64,000 nt of DNA from Glycera tridactyla (taxonomy: Eukaryota), in contig OZ286459.1 in assembly GCA_965644265.1 (NCBI GenBank), positions 74,400,001 to 74,464,000 on the forward strand, in the 5' to 3' direction. This document shows, one piece after another, positions 39,801-52,300 of the stretch. Below the pieces are notes generated by a model that was given only the letters and a program-made list of their open reading frames with translations, made no database searches and had not been told where the DNA came from. Position numbers and translations under genes: made by a program. The first letter of the stretch is position 1. Each line of letters begins with the position of its first letter.

Positions 39801-42800
39801 AGGGAGCGTGTTCATGGACCGATGCATGCAATGTAATCCCGGGCAATGTCTTACAAGGGAAACATAAGAGAAGATGAGTAGGTAATTAGTGCAGGCTTTG
39901 TTATCTACTCAGCATTGACTCACAAGACAATACCAGAGCCATCACCTCTTCAAATGAGCTTGTCTAATCACTGGCAGCATGTCTTCCCCATGTCATCTCG
40001 TGGTCCCATGTGGTGATGCACATAAACATATATTCCCCCAAGGAGACAAGCCGTCTCAGCCAAATGCCACCATCTACTGGACTTCCCAATATCCCCATCT
40101 AGAGCCAGGAACAATGATGATATTGGTCATCGTGGGTAAGTTATGAGATGCTCAACTGAATTGTATGTTTGGACATCTACCTCACAAATCAGGAGCCAGA
40201 GCAACTGCTTGCCCAAGTTCTCACAATATCAACATCCTATTCCATTCCAGCATTTTCTAACCATGGATGAACCTTGATACAGAATTTCTTCACATTCACC
40301 TTGTGCCGTGAATGATGTACATCATCTAATACTGGAGAATAATCTATTATATTACAAAACTTGGTAATCATACAGTGAAGAAATATGAACACAAGTCAGC
40401 TGACTAACTACAAATATTGATATCATAGCTACATTATGAAGTGTGATACATGCCTAGAAGTCTATGATGGTGATGAACAAGAGTGAATAAAGTTGCATCT
40501 GAAGGCATGATCTTTCGATCCATCAAACCAATATACAGTTGCAGGCAAGGGATTTGCCTGGATGATAACACGGTCATCCTATTTTTTCATTGACAGGCAA
40601 AACTAATACAAAAGTGAATCAAACTTGCCTCATGATATCTGCACTACATTGTCTTTGTGCTACTTCACCGATTTCTACAATGTATTTGCAAATGAATGCA
40701 TCTCTTCTTGAATAGGTGTCACTGTAGCAGGTATGTTTGCCCCACAAATTCACCAATTCATCACTGAATAACAGTCAACAAATTGGACATTTTGATGTAC
40801 AGCCTCATTTACCAGTGTAGTGGTGGATGTGTGATGCATGCCAAGCAGAAGTGATTGAATTAACAGTGCTACACACTGTCTCAAAGTTGACATTATGCTG
40901 ATTACATCTTTTGTACAGCCACTACATTACATCCTGTAAGGTATTCTTTGACAAAATCTAGAGCCATTAATATATGAGAAACCTCACTTTGTACTCATGC
41001 AGAACATTTCTACATGCCTGCAATACATTCTCAATACTATGTATTGACCTCACTTTGATAATTCATCTCATTGGGGTTGACGAGGGATATTTATGAAGTG
41101 AGTGATAATAAGAGTGTTTGCCATGCCTCTATCATACTCATACTGCCTCCTAGGAGACCATCAACGTACTGATGCCAGACTTGTCATCTCCAGCACTGAC
41201 ACATCTGACATGTTCATTTCCTGCATAGATAGGATTAGATCACCCCTTTACCTTGTCACAATGTCACCCAGGATATACTCCTCTCACAAGAAATAATTTG
41301 TCAATCACAGATTTGGACAGGCTAATTAAACTCACCATTCAGTCTAAGACACAATGGCTACCCTATCAAACTGGCTACACAAAAACCTCACTACAATCAG
41401 ACAGGCCCCATGTTAAAGGTGAGCAATGACTGCCCTGTTGCTATGGTGATTTCCGGCAAAGGAATATATCACTAGGTGATCAGTTGTGGCTCTGTATTTA
41501 CTGTCAGCTTCTGATGTAATTATTGTCCGGGCCATGATTTATCCAGTTTGACCACTCTCCTGGGAAGTAATGCATCAAACTTGAGATGGGGGGAAATAGC
41601 TGTCAGTCATCCCAATTCAACCTTTGGCCTTCCCGGCTTGGATTCCTTGGAGGTCAAAGGTCTCCTGGACCATTATGCCATGATGTGAAAAGGCATCTTC
41701 ATGTGAGGATGCTGCCCAATAAGAGAAGCGCACTGTTGTTGACCATAATAAGTCACTACAGTGATAAAAGTAGTTTAATATCCATCATCTATAAATAGTT
41801 GATCACATTAGTTTGAAGGACTGAATTTATTGTAAGTACACCCATATCGAGGATTAATGTCAACTCACCATGAATATTGATCTATTTTTTCCAGGAAAAG
41901 ATCCCATAATCAATCAGATGAAAGGGCTTGAACTTGAGGAAAACATGTTTGCCTCTGGAATCCAAGCATCAAAGTGAATCAAATTGTGGAAGTCAAATGA
42001 AATAGAAGAGAAGTGACACTCAATGTACAAGTATCATATCAGGCAATAGAGGTTGAGCCTATCCGAGATCGATCCATGCATTCATGTATAATGACTGCCT
42101 AATGACAGGTGAGTTGTACGTCACAAGATGACAGGCCTGAGTGATGGTGTATATTGACTGGGACTCATTGTATAGATAAAGCCAAACCTTACCACCATAG
42201 GCTACTCCACCTTCAGTCATTATTCCATCAATCAAAAATATCAATATCATCCCCAATTTTGTCTTATAACATGATCATAATTATGAAAGTATCAATATTT
42301 CATAAGAAAAAAAGGGAAATAAAAAAGCATTCCCTTTTTTTAGTCCGGTATTTGTCTGGACTATATCTTTTAGAGCCAACCATAATTTCAGTCTGGAATA
42401 ATCCTGCCTGGGTTGAGGAGAGGTTAAGATCTACTCAATCAATCAATTAACTGTTTCGAGGTGGATATTTAAAATCCAATTGTCAATATGAAGCATGATA
42501 TCCATGCTAACGAAGGAATCATGTGCACAGTGACACTTGTTACAGTACTATTATCGAATGCGATCAATGCTCTCATGGGTTGTAGCGCAACACAGTGGAT
42601 GCTGAATGTGAGAGTGACAGATGATTGACGATGGCTGCAGATTCCCACAGTAGCCCTCAGATGTCATCATCACGTCTCATGTGAACAATGACGACAACAC
42701 ACCAAATAGAAAATCTAAAAGATCTGCCATTTGGGACCAGCCATCAGGCAAGTTTATGGGGGATGAATAATGCCAAGGATAACTAGGCAACTGTTGATTC

Positions 42801-45800
42801 CCACTACAATGCCCTCCGATGTCAATTCTGGGTCTCCATGGAGATACTGATGCGGCAGACAGAATATGACATTCCGACATTGACATGAGAAGACGACCAG
42901 AAGTTGAAGAGTCATTGTTTCTCTGACTCACCAAGTGACTACTTACTTGAGAGAGTTTGAATGAATTTTAACCCAGCAACTCAACGGCTTAACACCCAAA
43001 GAGTAGCATGGTGAAAGGTGCAAATGGATGGGAAAACATTCAAAATTTGTTCCTGTGCGAACAATCATATCGTCCAGATATGAGCCACATTTTGCTTAAT
43101 ACTGATATGAAACATTCTAATTAGCCATATTTTATGGTTAAGATTCTGAAGTATATTTCAAACTTGCACATTTCAATCACTCTGCTAGAATCACCTCTCC
43201 TGTTTGACCAGTAGGTATTGATCAAAGGATAGTCACTTGGATCCTCTTGAATTTGTGGGAATTATCATTCGAAACATTCATTTGATATTCATTTTATGTA
43301 TTTCCATTTCCCAAGAGAATCTGATTTCTCAAATGGACAAAAGATGGCTGGTTATAGAAGCAGTAAAATGGGCTTAGTCTATAGCTAGTATTGAAATGTC
43401 ATCCATCAACGCTTAAAAACCCTATCCTCCATTGAAATCCAATTTAGGATGATGTTCCTTAAAGTGGACAGACTGTAGAGATGGGTAATTAAATCCTCCC
43501 TGGCGCTTCAACCCAGCACCTGGGGATGAGGATAGGGAAGCTACAAAGATGAGTGTCACTGATTGTCAGCATCCTTAGCAACCCATCTCTTAGAGCATCT
43601 TCATGCATGTATAGGCAATGGGAAGGGCTATGCATCTTCTGAGTTGTAATCAGTGTGGCAGTGATTAAACTGGAGTGAGGCAGGTGGCGAGACATTGGTC
43701 AGCTCTGAGGCGGGGAAGCCATTTATATTCAAGCAGAATGACCCGACACGATCCACTTGTATTTGGCATGATCTGTCGGCCACTCACAAGGTAACCCCTA
43801 TCTCACAGTACAGTGCTTTAACAACTACTTGCACTTCATGCACTTGTATAGTAAGTGCAGCTAAAGTAATCATCTTTTTCAGGACAAAGTGATCAAAGAC
43901 TATTCTGCACCATGCACCTAGTCCTGCCATATATCCTGGATGTCCACCAATGCACAATTCATCTCTATATCAGGATGCTGGTACTGAATGTATCCTTAAT
44001 ACACCTGAGAAAAGTCTGTGGAAATCATTGTTGTAAACCATTGATCAAGCCATTCACATGCTCATCCCGGTTTCAAGTCCATATAAACCATATAAACAGA
44101 CTGTCCATGGGGTAGTTGGCAAATGAAACAAACTGTCTGTGAGACAGTTGGCAATCCGAAGACAAGCATAGTCTGCACACTCTCAGACAGATGTGATGGG
44201 CCTAATCTTTGCCAACCAAATCCAGCATGTTTCATTAAGAAATTTTCAAATATGATCAGGAAACCTGAAATTATGAAGCCTTATTCTGTAACCCGTAACT
44301 CATGGTAACCTATAGACTTCTCTTTGTTAGATCACATTTTCAGGTTATTGAAAATTAATCTGCTGCCCAACTATCTAAAGTAAAATGTCCATGAACAAAA
44401 ATCTGTTCAAAGAGAAGACGTGGCCAAGGTTAATGGGAGTTGAGGGGGTCGAAAGCATTACAGGGAGCTTCAGGTCGGGATGAGGCCAAAGCTCCAGAGT
44501 GCCTCGATGATCATTAGCAACAGAACCTGGACTGCTCACTTGGCCACGCCCCCTCAAAATGATGAAGCCACTTCTGGCAAACTGTGGCTTCCCAGGCACA
44601 CTACCTGCCCTTTTTGTTCTCAAGTCACTCCTCGCCTTCTGAATCTCTAGTTCATATATCCACTGCTCACTTGTAAGAAAGACATGCATTTGTTACTATA
44701 ACCAGATCCAAGTATGTCATTTCAGGAGATCAGTTTTGAAAATATCTAATCAAAAGAATCAACAGCATGACAGTGGAACATTCCTAATCCTACTAATTGG
44801 GGCTTTACTGTGTTCTACTCTCTGATTAAATGTCATGGTAAATATCAGTCCATCTCTCAGGTGAAAATTAGTACACTGGAAGCTGTCCTGAACAACCTTA
44901 CTTAAAACCGCCACATGTAGAATCGAATGAGAGACATGTTCATGTTCTACTACAAATTTAAATGAAGCAATAATATCTCAAGACAGGTGGAAGCAGGCAA
45001 TCCGTCTAATACCAGTTTTTATTTTTGTCATGTAAGATTTCAATGAAATGGTCTAGATCGAAGGATATATTTAATGGCGGGGAAGTTTAACTAGATAGAT
45101 AATCTCTTATCAAGGCGAATCTCATCATGAGGAATCCTGGTGGTATATAGCAGGAATCTTTGTTGTTATTCGGGAGATGGATTCATCCATGTCCTCTCCA
45201 TACAATATGCAAATGAGATGTATTAAAATATAGGTCAAATGCCAAAACACCAACCTCCCCATAATAAATCAATAGCATGTAAAGCACATACTAATTCCAT
45301 GATTGAGGCTGGTCAAAAATGTCAAATGAACAACTCTTAACAATGCACACGAAAGTGAAACTGTCCTTTCATCCTTCAAACCATTTAATTGCCAAACCAG
45401 CAATGTCATTAATTTACTATATTGCCCAGAACACAAAATGCAATATGTTGGTGAAACAAAGAGAGCTTTTGCTACCAGATACAAGGAACACGACGCAGAC
45501 ATCCGTCACAACAGAGATAAACCGGTGGCAGTCCATTTCAACACAAGACACCACAGAGGATCTGAGTTCGAATCCTACATCCTTGAGGCCCTCCCCAGCC
45601 ATGCAGACCAAGACACAACCCAGAAAAGACGAAGACGAGGGAAAAATTGGATATACCAACTCAGAAGCTTTGTACCCTATGGACTAAATAAAATGGGAAA
45701 ATAAGATAGTTCATTTATTTTGTGTTCTTTCAACCATTTAGCTAGGATGAAAATGTCACATTTTATCCATCTCTCTAGTAGACAGTATCAATGTGACATC

Positions 45801-46285
45801 TAATCTTGAAAGGGTTAACACTGAGATGGAGCATGCAATGATACAATCTTGCATGTAGCAGCTACTTGCGGTCATATTTATGACTATTGATGGTCACTCA
45901 GATTTGTGGGAACACATGACAAGGTTGGAGTTTCCATGTTTCTTCCATATTTTGGACTGCTTCAGCTGCCCAAAATATGCAACAAGCATAGATAATGCTG
46001 AAATCCACCAGTGACAATGCTGTTGATGTATTCCTCCATTGGTGGTTATACGTATTCTCAAGTTTCATTCATCTACAAAATTCTCGTCATAAAGTGGACA
46101 TGGAAAGGACCGATCTCTATATTAGGCACTCAGCCTGCATTGTTGCATCAGTAATTCTTTATCATAATTCTGATATTGATGTCACACCCTCCCTACACTC
46201 ACCCATCTACATGCTCTCTCCTCTCCTCCCCCCCCCCTCTCTCTCTCTCTCATCTCCCCCCCCCCCCCCCTCTCTCTTTCTCCCT

Positions 46286-46369
<84 letters not shown>

Positions 46370-49300
46370 CCTCCCTTTACCCAGTATGTTGAATATATGA
46401 TAAATTACCTTCTTTCCCCTGCAGCACGCTTATATACATGCATGACCATGGGGTTATGTTGTGAAAAGAAGCTGGCTCATCTTTTCTTGCAGTCATCATT
46501 TGTATCTTTTCGAGCTGACACATAATCAAATTCAAGATTTAATCCCCGTGCGCTCATCTTGAGCTGAATGTCAATTTCACAATTGCGAGGTTTGCCCTGC
46601 GAGGGGACTCATTTCTTGTCACGGGATGAGTCATCAGGGGAGAGGCTGGATGAGGGATGTCGATGAGATGTATCCCTACATCTTTTCTTGCATACATGAT
46701 GCGGATGCAGAAAATAATTAACTCGCAATAAATGCACGTGTCATCAAGTTGGGGTCTGTATGGCATCTGGGGAAATTGAAGTCAATCTACTGTGCATTTT
46801 TCTGCCGAGCACATGATCAAGTATGGGGCGTAATCAGCCGCAGGTAGAGAGTGTGGGGAGGAAAGTCATGCCATTCACCTACGGCAAATAAGTCACATCA
46901 CCCCCCTTGCGTGTACCGCTCACGATGTCTTTGTCCACACAGTAAGCAGTCTGCAACCTTGACTGGATTGTTTTGAAGATGCACTTGCCATTTCTGCACT
47001 CATTAATCAACTTGTAGATCCCTGTGATCTATAATGATGCATTTGACTCAATATGCAGTCGATGCACACATCTGTGATTTCAGTCAAAATGCAGCTTATT
47101 TCGTCCCAAACTGTATCCACACTAGATTAGGAGATACATTTCTCTACCAGAATTTTCTATTCCTCCACACGTCGATAACCCACAGAGTTTTTGTGGATCG
47201 AAGATTGATGTGGTAAGAACTCAGTTAAAGGGATGTGGTACAGAAAGAGTGGGCATGGCAAGTGGATTGGCTCGGTTCTAACAGACCCCCCCCCCCCATC
47301 TTAAGTACCCTGAGCACTAGTCTCATTATGAGTGCCATCTGATCTTCAGTGGCAACAGTTGGGTGTGAATACTGTAATCCTGCATGGGGTGTGAGCGCAT
47401 CTCTCTGTGAACACAGCAATGTGCTTCATTTCCCCCTCTCAAGGAAGCAGAGGAATTTCATTGACAAGTCAGCCATGATTATGATGAGAACACTTGGTCA
47501 TGCCATGCCAATTATTCTGAGTGCAGCGTGGTCGTGGTGGGGGGGGGGGGGGTGACCAGTTTTTTCTCTGGGTGAAATGTAACGTCATAGACTCAAAATG
47601 AGGTATTTCGCTCAGTCATCCTGGTTGGTGAGGAAACCATGGCAACCAATTGTAAATCCAGCCATAAATCGGAAATTGATGATCATATATGAAGATACTC
47701 ATGGAGACAATGATGATGAGTGAATAGGGATGAATTGTAGTGATATGAAGAGCAAAGAGTAAAATGGTCAGCAACTGAAAAAAACCAACTCACCTTGTAG
47801 AACCTTGAAAATACCGGATGTTCGCTCACGTCCATAGCGATTGAAACCCTCACAAGCATAAACTCCTGTGTCATAAGTCTGTAAGTTTTTGATTCGTAAT
47901 CTGCAAACAAACAGAAATGTCATGCCATAAGACTAATGCTGAATTTGATTTGAGACCAATTTTCACCTGCAATTGAGGAACAAAGCCAATCATCATTACA
48001 GAATGATCATCTGTCTCATCCGCATGGATTGTATAGATCCAGGTCCCTGCAATGTGATGGATAATCTCTCCATCACTTCGTGGTAGTTTAGGCAGTTCCT
48101 ATTCAACATATCTCAATCATGATACAGTGAAACCTGCAACAAAAGACCCTCAACGAGAGACCATTTTCTCAGGGCAGTTTTTCTATTTGACATAGTCGAA
48201 TATACCTCTTTTGAGAAACCACCTTTTGTTGACATTCAGGGTGGTCACTGGTCACAGGTTCTCTGTATCATGTCAAAATACCACAAATACAAAGATTCAG
48301 TTTCATTATAGAATTTGACTTGAGCTGAGCATATTCAGCAGTGGGAGGTTTAGGGGGCAGAGCGCTCCTAAGCATGAGTGAAATGACAATCAGAAAGAGG
48401 GTGGACGGATTTTAAAAACTTCTGAAAAACATCTCATTAGTTCTAATAAAGACAACATATTTGTGTTCATATAATGTGACCTAACATTTCAGGGAGTTGA
48501 TAATCATGTTTTTCTTATGGCTATGATATCCCCTGAAGGCAAATAGAGTTTGTAACTTTTGAGGGTAAATCATCAACAATTTGTCAAGATGATCCCGGTT
48601 TAATTAATGGCTGATACAGATTGTGGCTGTCAGGAGGACAACTGTTCGAGAGATGTCAGCTCCCTCTCACTTTACGCTTTGTCACAGGTCTGGCTTGATT
48701 ATTCGTCTGATTTGGGGCGCGGGCTGCATTCTGGCAAGGTTGCATGCACAGGTCTAATCAGGGGTAATGAGGTATGATGGTTGCATTGAAGCATGAGCGT
48801 GAAAGGCAGGAAGTCAACGAGACATTACATCTACCCTAGATAAATATCAGTCCCCCCTTCTGATATACATCAGTCCAAATCCTGCATTGCCTTCTCGTGA
48901 TCAGAAGGTCCTAAGCATTAATTCAAAATTCATTACAATACACAAAAATCATTGGGATTTAATTTAGCCTATGGTAACCTGAAGTAAGATTCCATTAGAC
49001 CTATTGTTTGATGACAATTTGTTGAAATCATTCACCAACTTGAAATGTTCTGAATCTGAAACCTGCAACAAGAGACCACCTAAATTTCACCAAATTATGG
49101 TCTCTCGTAGAGAGATAATTTTGACTATGTCAAACAGAAAGCAGCCTGGCAGTAGCAGTCGCCCATCAGAGGTGGTCTCCCATTAGAGGTCTTTCGTTGC
49201 AGGATTCAAAGAATTACAAAATTGGGCTTGACGGTGAGTGTGAATTCCATCATGATCACATCTGTAGTCAAACTTGTTCTGAGCAGCCACCTGATGGTCA

Positions 49301-52300
49301 TGTATAGACTCAAAATGAGTATATTCCCTCGATTTTAGGGAGGTATGGACCTCCGTTGACTTCCTGTGATGACCTTGGATTTGGCCAATCCTATACCCCA
49401 ATCAAGCAGGGCTATCAGTATAGCATGGGCTTGTCCTGACTTGACATAGAATGGAATCCCACAGCACTCCACACCTGAATCTTCCACACTTACAACCCTC
49501 TAGCTATGGGATATTGACATAATGTACTGGAAGTCAACACAATATCATCAACCAGGAGATATTTCAGCAGTAATGCACTTGGATCAATCAACAAACCCAC
49601 AGGGCTTCTATTTGGCATGCAAGGACCCAGGCTCAAGGTCATGACATGCCACATTAGTCAATACACAGGTGAGAGGAATCCTAATTGTAATAACTCATAT
49701 TACAGAGGACAAATTGCCTCAGGTTGATTGACCCAATCATGTGCTCTGTAACATGCTAAACACTGGATCCATTCATGGAGCAAAGTTCATTTCAGGATTC
49801 TAAATATCTGTATACATCTGATTTACAGGTAATATTCAGTCAAGTCAACATTATCAGGTCAACCTCCAGAGATATTGCCCATAAATGTCTTCCTTGATGA
49901 TCAAAAAGTTAATGTACTGGTTATATAAGTCTTACAGAGTCTTCCTCTAACTTGCACATTGAGTAAATCATATGCCATAGTTATGGAAGTTGTGCCCCCC
50001 CCCCCCCCACAATCAATCAGGTTATGATGGGATGGCATAAAGCAAAGGTGATGTTTCACTTCTATTCTCAAAAGACTATTCAACAAAATATAATGAAGGA
50101 ACTAGTAATAATGCATACTATTTAAGCAGTCATGATCTCATGTATTGGAGATTCTCGGGTATCTATCAGTTTTGGAATGAATCGAGTAAATTCTCTAATC
50201 ATCCATGCTCTCCAATATCATGAATATTTTAATGTTTTCCGAGAGATGAATATCAATACTCCAGATGTCATGAGAAATCTACATCAAAATGGAGGGGTGT
50301 TTGCTAGAGTGAGGTTTCTCAAAATCATGTGATTCAGGGGACTTCAATAAGTGTTTAGGTTATCAACCAACATTTTCATTTAGGATGACCACGCAGAATG
50401 TGTGATGATAGAAGTAGAAAGACCACCCTTGGTCACATAAAAAAGAAGCCTAGAAAGGGCAGAAATCAACTTCAACATCCAAGATTAAATCATTTATTCA
50501 CCATCACCAGTCTAACTTATCTGGCTTATCTGGGTTGTGGGGTGTCACTCAAAAAATTCCCCAATATATGAGTAGGTATGATATTATCTTCAGTGTTTCT
50601 TTCGAGTAAATATTCACCAACTGACTAACCAGATGTAGGGAAAATTCCCCATATCCCCCATTTCCAACAGATGTGCTTTTGTGTGGTTGGTTTGACCTTG
50701 AAGGAAGAGTGGTTTGACCTGGGATTCTGACTCCACAGTGATACTATCACTTACAGGCAAAAATAGGGACAATCCCCTTGATATTCAGTCAATGATCAAT
50801 GCAGGATGCATTCTCATCATTAAAGGTGACATCTAAGAGAATTCCTCTCAGACCACAGCCTCTCAATGCAGGTCAGCTCAGCCTTTACCAGCAGGAATTA
50901 TATCAAATGCAAATAGGGTTTCAGAACTTGAATGCTCTTTATATAAGTTTTTGTCAGAGCAGATAACTGCCACTATATCATTAAGATAAGCAAAATTTAG
51001 CACATGGTGGACATATTTAAGAAGTTGGTTTTTGTTGAACATTGAAAGTCTGCAATACATTATTCATCATGTGGGTAAAGATAATCATACACAGATAATG
51101 AGTCCTGCCTTGATCAATATATGACATAATCTATGAAAGGTGCACTCTGATATGAAATAATGAGTTTTTGATCAATATGCAAGTACCCAATTTTTCATAC
51201 TAGGCTGTATTTCATGTAAACATATTTATCTCACCATCGATTTCATCAGGATCTCCATGAAAATTCTGGTAGTTTTCCCCATGCCAGTGAGCAACTGTGA
51301 TAGATTCTCCTACACCATTCTCATTCATCAGGACAGCTGAGCTAATGAAATTCTAATTAATTTTTATCTAGAGTATGTTTGTGGTGAATGAAGGTGAATT
51401 TTACTTTTATCATTTGATTCTTACAAACTTCTGGAACCTCACCGTCCAAACTGTTGAAAATGTTGTAACATTCAAATTTAAACATACTTTATTTGAACTC
51501 ATAACTTATTTACAATAATACCGGAGTTTGCTCGCTGATTATTCTCCAGCGGCAACGAGTGATACAGTGAAACCTAAATGTCACCAAAAAGCGGTCTCCA
51601 AAAAGAGGTGGTCTCTCGGAGGTATATTTGATGATATCAAATAGAAAAGCTGCCCTGGAAAAGCGGTCTCCCGTCAGAGGTGGTCTCTCGTCGGGGTCTC
51701 TCGTCGCAGGTTCACTGTAGTATAAAAGTGACAATCAATGTTAGTACATTCATGATAGTCAACCCCCCCCCTTCAGATACAGTCATCATTCCAACATTTA
51801 TGAATATTATGTGAAAGGAATCATCACAACTGACCACATATATCTTGTCTCTTTTGGTGCAATTTATCAGAACTTCATTTCCTGTGAATTCTGATTCCAA
51901 GTGGTATGTGATTTTGCTAGCAGAGGGTGAGTTTGAAACAGCTAATGATCAGGGCAGTAAAGATCTGCATGACAATGGTGGATTGAGCCAAATAAAAATC
52001 AATGGTATCAATTGTTGTTGTTAATTGCATTGGTTCAATCATGACTGGGTTGAATCAAATGTCACAGTGAATGTTGTGTACAAGCAGATAGATGAATGCG
52101 TGAGTCAGGGAATGTGATCCTATTGTATTGAAACATCTACGCAGACCCATTTTATGCATGAAAACATATTGCATTTCCTTCATTACAACTCAGGAAACAT
52201 AGTAGCAGTCATAAACCAACGCCATCATCACCATTGGATGATGACATGTATAACATTAATCAATCAATCGAATAACCCATCAGTTTTCTCACACTCAAAC

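Noticed and set aside
44375-44689. 104-aa minus-strand ORF containing KRAGSVPG, reminiscent of L2/Rex C-termini
   Set aside because: Only a few residues match; flanking RT-family motifs are absent.
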